Both the position numbers and the translations under genes were made by a program. The notes under the pieces were generated by a model. That model did no database searches and was not told the DNA's origin. It worked only from the letters and a program-made list of their open reading frames with translations. A stretch of 64,000 nucleotides of DNA. It comes from Antedon mediterranea. Taxonomy: Eukaryota; Animalia; Echinodermata. The stretch lies in contig NC_092675.1 of assembly GCF_964355755.1 (NCBI RefSeq), forward strand, positions 26,508,912 to 26,572,911, read 5' to 3'. Numbering within the stretch: the first letter of the stretch is position 1; every line of letters starts with the position of its first letter. Below, piece by piece: positions 26,301-35,860 of this stretch.

Positions 26301-27575
26301 AAGATGGAACACTGCAAGTTTTGTACAAATGTTTGATTTTTTTATTTCCCCAAATGGGGGATTGTCTCCTACCTTTTTCTTCATTAAAGAAGACCAGCAC
26401 AAGTTAGCTCAGCATTAATAGCATACACGGTTGGCCATTGACACCCCACATTATTTACACTATCAGAGTTGACCCCGTGTCAGCTCAGTATGCGAATGAT
26501 AGTGTAAAAGAACAAATACAATTTCTGGAACGGTATTTATTTGAAGCAGTCAGAAGAAAAATATTTATAGTTATACAAATTATTGTTTGTTTTGTACAAG
26601 TTCTACAAAACTTACCTCTACATCTTCTGCAACCATCCTAATTCCTGTTTCACCAACAAATATATCGTCAATGTCAACTAAAATATAACGGTCTAAAGAG
26701 ACTGACAAGCGCCCATTTGATAAGTAGTGTAAACTATCCAAAAATAAGGGGTAGTGTATCCATATCCTTAGACTATTACCAAAAAATATCCTTTTTACTC
26801 CATCGTATATACCCTGATCAAGCATAGCGGTTGTATGGAAGACGGCATTGGAATGTATACCGTGAGAAAGTTCCGGAGAACTGTCGCTGTTTATTTGGCC
26901 AGTAACTATCGGTTGATAAGTTGAATGATTGCTATGAAACACGGTCCAATTTTCTGTTTCCGTATCAATTTTACCTGCCGCCTTTGTCATATGAAGAATT
27001 TTAGAATTGGCGTTCACTTGTAAGTCTTGTAATGTTAACTGTTTGTCCATGTGAATGGGCAAGTTTCCAATCGGTGAACTTAGTCTGATCTCATTTTTGG
27101 AAGATAACGCGAATGTAATTAAACCAACATTAAATTCACGGCAATAATTATCTAGTTTTGTTCGTTCATTTATATCCAAGTAGATATAAGAATTTAAACT
27201 CTCAAAGATAATCACTGAATATAATCCTTGGCCATGCTGCGAATGCAATTTAAGTGAGCCATCGCTGACGAGACGTTTGCGATATCGAAAATGATGTGCT
27301 TCTAACGTTGCACTGAGACTGGCAGCCACAGAATACTTTGATTGTGAATCTTCAACTAGTAATAACACGGTTGATTCAACAGTTGTCTTTTTTTTAAACT
27401 TCTTTGTAATTTCAGCAAACCTTTGGTTTGGATGTTTCACAGTGTGCACTTTGGTTTGAGAAGTATGATAGAATCCAGATATCCACAAAGAAAAACTCAA
27501 GAGTAGGATCAACAGAACCACTCGCTTAAAATGCCTTCTTGGAAAGCAGAAACATTTGGCGAAAACTTTCATCAT
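2133..27575 (-). CDS. NDST: Bifunctional heparan sulfate N-deacetylase/N-sulfotransferase, complete spliced CDS (11 coding exons, 2598 nt, 865 aa)
   Basis: Exons 27575-26616, 26163-25921, 11431-11246, 9875-9747, 8597-8415, 6997-6901, 6347-6224, 5827-5662, 3583-3413, 3036-2927, 2361-2133 all have GT/AG borders and join in one frame. N-terminal type II TM segment; deacetylase motifs [38 protein letters not shown]; sulfotransferase 5'-PSB GPQKTGTTALY, 3'-PSB RAYSWYQH and [13 protein letters not shown]. Confidence 0.96.
2927..3036 (-). CDS. NDST: NDST coding exon 10
   Basis: [36 protein letters not shown](K)|gtaagt; 110 nt. Confidence 0.92.
3413..3583 (-). CDS. NDST: NDST coding exon 9
   Basis: [19 protein letters not shown]...[23 protein letters not shown]|gtttgt; 171 nt. 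Confidence 0.94.
3820..3905 (-). mobile_element. Degenerate tRNA-derived SINE head
   Basis: Minus strand tggcttggtg (A-box-like) ... gggttcaaatc (B-box); no cloverleaf. Confidence 0.4.
4357..5583. repeat. Intronic minisatellite, 50-bp unit, about 24 degenerate copies
   Basis: Unit approx. gagcaagttactcatgatcaatgctgctgcaggttcacatacaacatcat; agcaagtta recurs at 4961, 5011, 5061. Confidence 0.95.
5662..5827 (-). CDS. NDST: NDST coding exon 8
   Basis: [22 protein letters not shown]...[22 protein letters not shown]|gtaaaa; 166 nt. Confidence 0.93.
6224..6347 (-). CDS. NDST: NDST coding exon 7
   Basis: [18 protein letters not shown]...[19 protein letters not shown]|gtaagt; 124 nt. Confidence 0.93.
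6901..6997 (-). CDS. NDST: NDST coding exon 6
   Basis: [32 protein letters not shown]|gtgaca; 97 nt; missed by the ORF track. Confidence 0.93.
7203..7310 (+). mobile_element. Degenerate tRNA-derived SINE fragment
   Basis: tggcgtaatgg A-box, gggttcgagacc B-box, then atcctttagcaagatattttac; a related fragment lies at about 11460-11600. Confidence 0.5.
7399..7668. mobile_element. MITE family A (PIF/Harbinger-like), copy 1
   Basis: TIR AGCCTGGTTTCCAT...ATGGAAACCAGGC; reverse complement of the copy at 33780-34043. Confidence 0.88.
8183..8343. mobile_element. MITE family D (TTA TSD), copy 1
   Basis: TTA-AGCTCTGTCTAC..TATxAAACT ... AGTTTGATAGTGTAGACAGAGCT-TTA with internal ccaaatatggtagtgat subrepeats. 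Confidence 0.88.
8415..8597 (-). CDS. NDST: NDST coding exon 5
   Basis: [21 protein letters not shown]...EPLWT|gtacgt; 183 nt. Confidence 0.95.
9747..9875 (-). CDS. NDST: NDST coding exon 4
   Basis: [15 protein letters not shown]...[12 protein letters not shown]|gtaagt; 129 nt. Confidence 0.95.
9958..10290. mobile_element. Non-autonomous TIR element family C (TTAA TSD, Kolobok-like), copy 1
   Basis: TTAA-AGATGTATTGTCCCC ... GGGGACAAATCATCT-TTAA. Confidence 0.85.
11246..11431 (-). CDS. NDST: NDST coding exon 3
   Basis: [23 protein letters not shown]...[24 protein letters not shown]|gttagt; 186 nt. Confidence 0.95.
13142..13478. mobile_element. Family C, copy 2 (inverted relative to copy 1)
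   Basis: TTAA-AGATATATTGTCTCC ... GGGGACAATACATCT-TTAA; partial copies also at about 44485-44660 and 55784-55940. Confidence 0.85.
14392..14542. mobile_element. MITE family D, copy 2
   Basis: Same TIRs and subrepeats; TTA on both sides. Confidence 0.88.
16176..16398 (-). mobile_element. 5'-truncated L2/CR1-clade LINE 3' end
   Basis: Minus frame [37 protein letters not shown]-stop, then gcgcttt...gcgctttataaat and an (ATT)n tail. Confidence 0.85.
16444..16590. mobile_element. Degenerate Tc1/mariner-pogo-type MITE
   Basis: TA-CAGTCAACTTTCCCAATACCGG ... CCTGGTATTGGGAGAGTG-TA. Confidence 0.55.
17512..17885. mobile_element. Degenerate pogo/Tigger-type MITE
   Basis: tacagtagtccctattaagaggacacccc ... 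ggggtgtcccctcaatagg...cagta; related pieces at about 29081-29225. Confidence 0.5.
18330..18722 (+). mobile_element. Decayed L2-type LINE 3' fragment
   Basis: [13 protein letters not shown] (cf. FKxxLKTHLF) followed by a gcgccatattaa-type tail. Confidence 0.55.
20890..22200 (+). mobile_element. CR1-type LINE 3' fragment interrupted by a TIR element
   Basis: RGDMIQTY...[18 protein letters not shown]|[21 protein letters not shown]; frame is restored when 21081-22015 is removed. Confidence 0.85.
21081..22012. mobile_element. 932-bp non-autonomous TIR DNA transposon, 3-bp TSD (ATA), Harbinger-like
   Basis: ATA-AGGCCCGTTCATATCGAACTTAGGGCGAGATAA ... TTATCTCGCCCTAAGTTCGATATGAACCCAACT-ATA; internal subterminal ttagggcgagat repeats. 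Confidence 0.9.
23850..24250. repeat. Degenerate local tandem triplication
   Basis: aaaactttccc...caacaaaatgtt...gatagtaaa..aaaattgattt..atttctgt recurs about three times. Confidence 0.6.
24321..24486. mobile_element. MITE family D, copy 3
   Basis: Three to four gcccaaatatggtagtgat units; right TIR gtagacagagct-TTA; left TIR partly deleted. Confidence 0.82.
25610..25925. repeat. Tandem duplication (about 180-bp period) including the NDST exon 2 donor
   Basis: tgtcggtttatccaggtaagttatgcacgaaatagac at 25639 and 25819; caagtca.ctacttacct at 25759 and 25905. Confidence 0.85.
25921..26163 (-). CDS. NDST: NDST coding exon 2
   Basis: ttatttcag|[24 protein letters not shown]...WWFPHMYNH...NKQFSE|gtaagt; 243 nt. 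Confidence 0.95.
26616..27575 (-). CDS. NDST: NDST coding exon 1 (TM anchor, N-terminal domain, DIDD motif)
   Basis: ORF MMKVFAK...[24 protein letters not shown] then GTAAG donor at 26615; upstream acceptor tttttcag at 27846. Confidence 0.95.
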
Positions 27576-29029
27576 CGTTGCACGTTCCTTGTTTTTAAAA
27601 ATGTTTAAACATAGAAAAAATCTTTAGCTACCGTAGGAAGAAAATTCATCCACAGTCCCTTTTTGGGAAGTGCGATGCAACATTATAGGCCATTATATAT
27701 TATGGCAATACTGTACATTACAGCGTTCATTTTAAGGTCAATAATAATTCAAACCAAAATACTAAACAATGTTGGAACTCTAGTAGTAAACAAGATCGTC
27801 ATCCAAAACTGTCAAATCTTCTACTACAAGAAGAAATAATGAATTCTGAAAAACATAAACATGAAAATTATTACAAAAATATACTACTGTAGAATGTGAC
27901 AAGAAAAATAAAAATTGAGAGTTTTTTGTGCTTATATGACAAGCCAAATCTGCCAAAATATGCTGTCTCTATAGGTTTTGACAGTTTATTAGATTAAGTT
28001 TAGCACTTCAATAATACCATTTTTAGCGTGCCACCAACCTTCCCATCCTCCCCTCCCCTTTTTATCAATTTCAAAATCCCGGATCCGCCACCTACATTCC
28101 ATCATTCATGTATATTTTTTTGCAGATTTGGCATTCCATAGTTTCATATTAAAATATATCTACAGTATTCATGATCTAAACTCTTTGCTTGCACCAATCT
28201 TTCCAGAAATTATATTACAAAATTTCATTGGAAAATCAATAACACTTTACAGTATAAAGAAATGAGTAAATAAGTATAATGTTCAACATACTGTAGGACC
28301 ATAACAGTGTTTAAATACTGTATACAGTACATATTGTCTTTTCAAACACCTTTTCTTTTTTTTTTAACCCAAACCAGAATTTTTCTTTCTTTTCTTTTCT
28401 AACACCAATTTGATAAAAGAAACTCATAAATATAGGCTCAGGATATGATAAATAAGTAAAACAAGGGAAATATCAAACCAATTAGTTTTTCCAAAAAAAA
28501 ATGTTGTGGAAACTGTGGTAGCGAGTGAGTCAGTGTGCAAAGGTGCATTACCTTTAGAAAACATGACACAGGTAGTAGTAGCCACCAAGTACAGTCAGTA
28601 GGGCTCATGATCAATAGCATGGTTTGACCCTACCACATACTGTTCCTAAATAAACATTAATATTTTGATAACTGGAGTTGAGAAATGGCTACATTAACAG
28701 GTGGAATGTAAAAGAAGTGATAGACAAAGAAAAATGTGAGGAAAATATTACAGTTGCTATAATTCCTGTGTTGGTAGTTTTAAAGCTATTATTTGACAAT
28801 TTAATTAAAATGAACATTGTACACTTTTGATTTATGTTATTATAAACTACAGGACATTAACTAATAATAGAGCTGTTGGATACTGTACTGTAGATCTCAT
28901 TCTCACTGTACTGAACACCAAATAACAATACCTTAATAACATATGTCCCTTGTACTCGACCAGAAATAGACAATATATGTTCTAAACATGTAATATAATC
29001 CTATTATATTTTGCTTACTATTTAATACT

Positions 29030-30130
29030 ATGTAAACATTCAAGACTGAATGAGTGAGATTGAGAATAGCAAACATTAAATACAGTAGTTTGGGACACCT
29101 TTATTTAGTGGAACTTCTATTAATTAAGGGGAACTTTCTTGCGAAATGAATGAAGAGAAATATATTTCGACATCGCCTCCAACCACTTTATTCAGTAGAC
29201 TATTTATTAAGGGGACACTCTAGAACCCTTCATATTTTACGTTTTATTATTTAGTGAAAAATTGATAATTCTTAATGTGAAGCGCATGGATGCTTAATAC
29301 TGTAGGTAATGCATTCTAGGTAATACTGTAACTTGTCAAAATGTAATAATTCATTTTTGTTGTTTTTTTAATATTAATATTTGTCCTACTATTACTGTAT
29401 TAGAAAAAGAAAAGGAACGACGAAAATCAAATCAGAAAAGATGATAGATGGTGTTCAACTTTCTTGAACTATTAGGCACCATTCTCTCAACAAACAAGTC
29501 CATTGGAAATGATTAAAAGCCTCCTTTATAAATTATAGAGGTGCTAAATAAATAAAGGAAATAAAAGTGTCAAAAATGCCAATATATAACACATTCACTG
29601 AACACATTGTATACTACAAAGCTAAACAAGTAGACAACTGTATGGTACTGTAGATGTTGCCAATATGACAATTAGGATATGGTAATAGTATAGGTACAGT
29701 AGTTCAATCAGGTTGATCAGTAAATATAAATGATGTGCTGGAAAGTTATGTTATAACCTGCCTTCGGAAACAAAGAATTCTATACTGTACTATGGCTGTT
29801 TACAGTATATCACACCTCTAAATTTGAACACATCTTTACTTTAATTGTTGGCGTGTTGTTGTGGCAATGAAGGTTTAAATCTCAAAAACTTTGCAGTATA
29901 AATCGTAATGCTCATGTGCTTATACTACTGTATGAGTATCATACATCCTATTATATTTTACTTATGTAAACATTCACGACTGAATGAGTGAGAAAAGCAC
30001 ATTTAAAATACATTAGAATGCCTAATTTGGGACACCTTTATTTAGTGGAACTTCTATTATTAGTTAAGGGGAAACTTTCCTGCGAAACGAATGAAAAGCA
30101 ATATGTTTCGACATTGTCTCCAACCCCTTA
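29030..30130. repeat. Dispersed direct duplication of about 160 bp (29030-29190 and 29964-30130)
   Basis: atgtaaacattca.gactgaatgagtgaga...tttgggacacctttatttagtggaacttctatta...aaggggaa shared. Confidence 0.8.
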
Positions 30131-33100
30131 TGAGTATCATAATCCCAAGTTATGTTTTCCTCATGAATCATGATGAGGATGATATTTGGAAATTTTAAAA
30201 TCTTGTTTTAAAATTGAAAGAAAAAAATATGCTATTTTAAAAAATTGATACAAGTATTTCTATGTGGAGAACCTCTCGATGGTTATTTTTATTTATATAA
30301 CTTTTAGGTGATCCTGCCTCATTTACTTACTGTACTTTTGTAATGTTTTATAATTTTATGTCTTACTTTGTACTGTATTTGAAATTTGGCGAAATAAATG
30401 ATTTGACATATTTATTTGGCTATCATTTGTTAGCATTATCGAAGAACTAAATCTATGCCTGTATAGCATACTGTATAAAATTCCCCCCTAGACCCCAGTA
30501 CAATTGCAATCAGCGGTAAACTATAAATCCAACTGGTTAATCAGAAAGGGAAGAGTCGTATCGCATCGTATCTGTTTGCTTTTTAAATTGAATTAAGAAC
30601 TAGAGGCAATGATGATAGACTGTGGTTATATTCTTAGCCGCATTATTAAATTAAATTGCAATACAGCAGATTAGTTTCTATAATTTTAAATAAAATCTAT
30701 TTATTATATATACACTAGCAGTCTTGGATTTAGTTGTCTTATTTGGCAATTTATACCAAATATTATCACAAATTCTCTGATGGGACAGTTTATTTAAGGT
30801 GGTTGTTTTTTTTTTCTTAAATTGTAAGTTACTAAAGCGAAGGAAAATAAGCCTTGCTTGCATGTAACATTCATTATGACGTGTGGAATCGCAAAATGAT
30901 GCACTGCACTGATATTTTAAGTAATATTACCATTTGCTACATTACAAACAACTGCTTGCTGGCATTTATGATTTAAGTACTTTTATGAACATCATCACTT
31001 TTAGTGATTATGGTATTTTGCCAACGCCTGAGAACTAATGAAGCATACCATGCAACAAGAGTAAGCTTTAGTAAACTTTCATAATTGATATTTATGCTGG
31101 ATTTTCTGGGTGATTACAGATACAAGATTTGTTTTGCTGTACAATATAAACAAAATGGTTAGTAAATGCTAGGTATGTAGATGATACCAAAACATTTGCA
31201 CATCCAATGACATGAAATACTGTAGTTTTCTGTTTTCAGTGAGGTCGGTCCATATCATCAGTTATTATGTTGTATTTAATAACATTTGGTGGCATACTGC
31301 CATACAGAATACCACAGAACACAAAAGGTCACTATAAACTTATTTAAACCTACAGTAATATGTGCTTCTTTTGAAAGATGTGGAGGGGAGGGAGAAATAT
31401 CAAAGTACTGTACCTACAGTATGGTTCGGACATGACAGAATTTATTATAAATTTAATGTAATGTAAATTTTGATCATTTAAGGGTTGTCCCTGAATAGGT
31501 GTTTGTTGTACAGTATATTATACTTATAATTTCTATTCTAAGAATAACTTTGTAATGCTTTTATTACTTTTTTATTCCAATTCTATTCTACCGTCTACAG
31601 TATTCTATAAAAGTTTTTATATGGCGCCCTCTACAAAGAACAGAGTGCCTAACAATTCTTAGTAATTAATTAAAAAGAAAAGTTTCAAGTTGACGTTTAC
31701 ATACAGTTGATGTGCCGAATTCGCTTCTCTTTAATTAAATACCATTTGAGGCTAGGTATTCAAATTGTGTGTAAGTGTGTAGGAAGGGTTAACTTTAAGC
31801 AAACCCAATGACATCGACTCCTAAAGTAATACTATAAGAGTAAATATTTACATGGAAATATTTAATCCTATTGGAGCTTTGCACACTTTCCGGCAAGGTT
31901 AAAAATCTACCATACAAATAAAGCTGAAATTATCTACAACTTTTATTACACAATTATAGGATTAGAGAGAAGTTTGCAATTATGTTTTTGGCTAGCCCAT
32001 GGGAAGATTTTGATTGTAATTATACTACTAGTACTAGTCCATGTGGTTCAGCCTCTAGAAATTGGGACTAATTTCAACTAATACTGTAGACAACTAGGCA
32101 TAAAGGATGATTAGCATTTTTAGGCCACTTTGCCAACCAGCGGCCGCAAACCATGTTGACTTCAACATGAAATTTGATGGGTGTGGCGGAAGGCTTTAAA
32201 TAAAAAATTGTTAAGACATACAGTTATACAGTACACGTCATTAGTATACTGTATAACAGACAGGCATTATTTATGCCATGTACAGTAAAGTACTGTTGAG
32301 ACAACTGTACAATTGTAATGTGTTGACTTGGATGTGATTATACTCATTTTCATTTAAGTTTATACTTTCCTATTACTTTTTAGAAGTACACTGTACTAGC
32401 TTATGATTTATAATTATTTCAATTGTCAAAGTTCTATCATAACAATATCTAGCCTGCTTTTGATCATATTGTAATCAAAACCACACTTAATATGAAACTA
32501 GACACTATTTCACATTTTGCTTCAGGTACATGCTGTTAATTTCGGGCAGACCGTAGTTGATGACATTGCTACGAAGCAGGGAGTCACTAATTGTATAGTA
32601 ACAGTACAATATTTGACTGTAAAGTTGTAAAAATTAGGAAAATAATTCAATGTTTGAGCAAATACTAATACATAAATCAAGAACAGGTAAACCTCCAGTT
32701 TCATACAGTAAATGATATCTTATTTAACTTTTAAGCTTATTTTCATACGTGTACAGTACTACTAATCTATAAACAATTTTCTTGTTCTATTATTTAATAC
32801 TTTATTTTTTATTTCAAGATTATAAAGAAGTCTGTAAACTGTGCCATCGAGTGGTAACACATCCCAACATACTGTACATTACCTACCAACCACCGTCATA
32901 ACATCTTTTCGTACCATTTCTTGAACACGCTAGATAGACAAAGGAATTGAAAAATTCCAGGAATTCTATAGTATAACATTGTTTAACAATAACAAGCTCT
33001 TTTAGGCAGCCATTACACAGTAACTGTAAATTATGTAAACAAAATGAAACTACAGTATCTGCTGCTAAAGATATTATACTAGTAAGTTAATATTTTGCAT

Positions 33101-33779
33101 TATAATTACCATTAGAATAGATACTTTTTAAGGGTTTATAAAACAATTGAATTAAAGGTAGTAAGTCTGTCTGTATTTGTCTTTAAGTCATGAAGTGAAC
33201 TCTAATAGTCTTACAGTATTTCTGCTGTCTTTTATTATAGTAGTGTACTTTACGATTCAAGACATGGAAACAAAATCATTTCTAGGCTGTACAGTAGTTT
33301 TACAAATTACATTTTTAAATCGAATAGCTGTTTTTCACTAAAAGATAAAAGCAATTTGGGTATAGAACTTTACACTTACAGTACAACACCTAATGAGGTA
33401 ATGACGTTGCCTGCATTACCAGCAAGTTAAAAGATGTACAGTAGCAGAAACAGGGCTAGGCCAAGTACAGTGACCTTGGCTATCCTTAAAAAATATAGGC
33501 AGTGTCAGGATGGAAGCTATTCACAAGGATGTTGTTTGTTCCTTATTACCTCACTATAAAGAAATGACAAAGCCTGATCTTTCAATTACTTCCTATGAAT
33601 AAGAATCCTGTTATAACACTTTGTTTAATAATATTTCTTTATATTATTATTATTTATTATTAAATTAACATTGGAAAAAATCGGTTTATATAGGATTGAA
33701 TAAGAAATTGACAATGAAAAACGAAGTGCACACTTTTTGATTGGTCTTCCTTCATCATAATTACTATTATTAATCTTAA

Positions 33780-34043
33780 AGCCTGGTTTCCATTAAAATC
33801 GCTACAGCGTTTCCATTAAAATCGCTACACGCGCAGATGTCGCGACGCAATCGGGAAGGCATTCATCGCAGTCAAATCGGCAAAGTTCAACCATGTTCAA
33901 CTTTGCCGATTTTGTCGGCGATTAATCGTATACGCGTACCAAAGAATATTTAGCGCTCGCGTACTACTAGATCCCCGATAAATTCTAGCGTTTCCATGGA
34001 ATCGCTACTCTCTGTCGTGTAGCGATTTTATGGAAACCAGGCT
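33780..34043. mobile_element. MITE family A, copy 2 (opposite orientation)
   Basis: TAA-AGCCTGGTTTCCAT...ATGGAAACCAGGCT-TTA. Confidence 0.9.
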
Positions 34044-35743
34044 TTAGTAACAGGTTTAGTGTCCGAACTATGGAACTAAACATTTATCAAATATTTAGGT
34101 GATAGCACTATGTTTACAAACTCTTTTCTCAATCAAAAGCCAATTGCATTGCATATCAAAGTTACATGGTATAGCTTGATCTGTTCTGTGTGAAACACAA
34201 CAAAATGACATCAAATACAATATTTCCGGTTGTAATCATTCAATGGGAAGATATTTTTATCGAAAAATCAGATCATAATCAACAGTACCAGAACAGAGTT
34301 AACATTCAACACAGAGGTACATAAAGATTGTTGACGACGATCATGATCATCCATAACTTGGATGATTCTGATCAGCTTTAATCTGATCTGATGCACAGTC
34401 CAATTAATAGGATAGACAGACAGATGCCCCTTTCCTCCTTTTTTTCTCCTGTGAATACTGTCTCGGTGAGCTCTCATATGAGTGCTGGAGAACGGAGTGG
34501 TGTAATTGGTTAAAGTGTCTGCTTTTCTTTTTTTTTGGTTATCTTAGAAACAAATTATTTGTTACAAATTACATTATATAAATTGTAGTAAACATGTATT
34601 CATTTACCCAACCTACCAATATCCTACAGTATACTGTAGTACCAATTAAAATACTTCTGAGATCATTTTTTATAATTAAACTATTGTATAATTTCACTTA
34701 GTATGTAACATAAACCACTAAAAAGTGCAATGGTACGCATTATTGTGATTGTTTACATTTTCGATTGAAATATGATATGAATTAAAACCAAAAAACTTGG
34801 TGAATAAAATAAAACCACTCAAGCAAAAGATTCATTCCATTGTTCAATTAGTTTCTTAAATTTATGGTAAATAAAATGGTCATTATTAGAGTAAAAGGTA
34901 GATTTTGAAGATTAAAAAGAGCGGTAAAAAGTAAAGTAAAAACAGTTTTCAAGGCCAACTGTGGGACATATTTCCACAATACAACAAATTGCTTTGTAGT
35001 ATACTGTAGGTCATAAAATATACAGTACTATTTACATCCAACCATAATCCCATGCTCAAATAACATTTTGAAGGCAATCCCAATTATATAATATATAATT
35101 TTATTTGGAAAAAAGGCTTATTTATGCTTATAAAATACATATAAAATATAAGTGGACCAAATTGTCTCAGGGCCGAATCGTCCAGCGCCAAATCATCCTG
35201 CTACCGCCTATAATATACGCTGTGATTAGGATTATATATAATAATATAGGCCTAGGCCTAGTACCAAAACTAGTATATTACTCAATAGCCTGGCTCTTTT
35301 AGTTGGACTAGCAAGAATAAGGTCAAGGAATACCCACCCTAACAAGTTACAAGGTCAGAGGAGGAAACCTCAAAATAAATGCATGTTAAAGAAGTTACAT
35401 TTTCAATTTTTTTAACATTTCCAGATGGTGGAAACGACAAAACCTATACTTATTTGATTAGACGACTAACGACTCAATTTAACTTGTATGCCTAGGCTAG
35501 GCCTAATGACAGATAAAAAAAAAGGCACAAAAACGTCATATTGACAGGACAGGAATAGTAAATCTGACCCTATTTCGATGTACTGTACGTGGTGGTTCAG
35601 CCGGGATGCCTACTATTCTAACTTAGGCTAAGTTTAGGCCTAAACTCAAACTGTGATTTCAAAACCAGGAAAGAAAACAGCGATGAATTAGAATTACACA
35701 TTTAATCATTCTTTTTTTGTAATATTTGAAAGAGACTACTTAC

Positions 35744-35860
35744 ATTGTCACCGTGTACTCTATAAAATATCAAGAAGTATCAAAAAGTCAAGTGAAGAAA
35801 CATACGTTGAACACATCAAAACACTTATGAACAACATACTACTGTGCCTCTTTCTAACAT
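35744..35860 (-). other. Probable non-coding first exon / 5' end of NDST
   Basis: Minus-strand donor ATGTAAGT (plus acttac 35738-35743) where sequence composition changes; coding exon 1 has an upstream acceptor at 27846, which requires a 5' exon. The 5' boundary is a guess. Confidence 0.45.
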
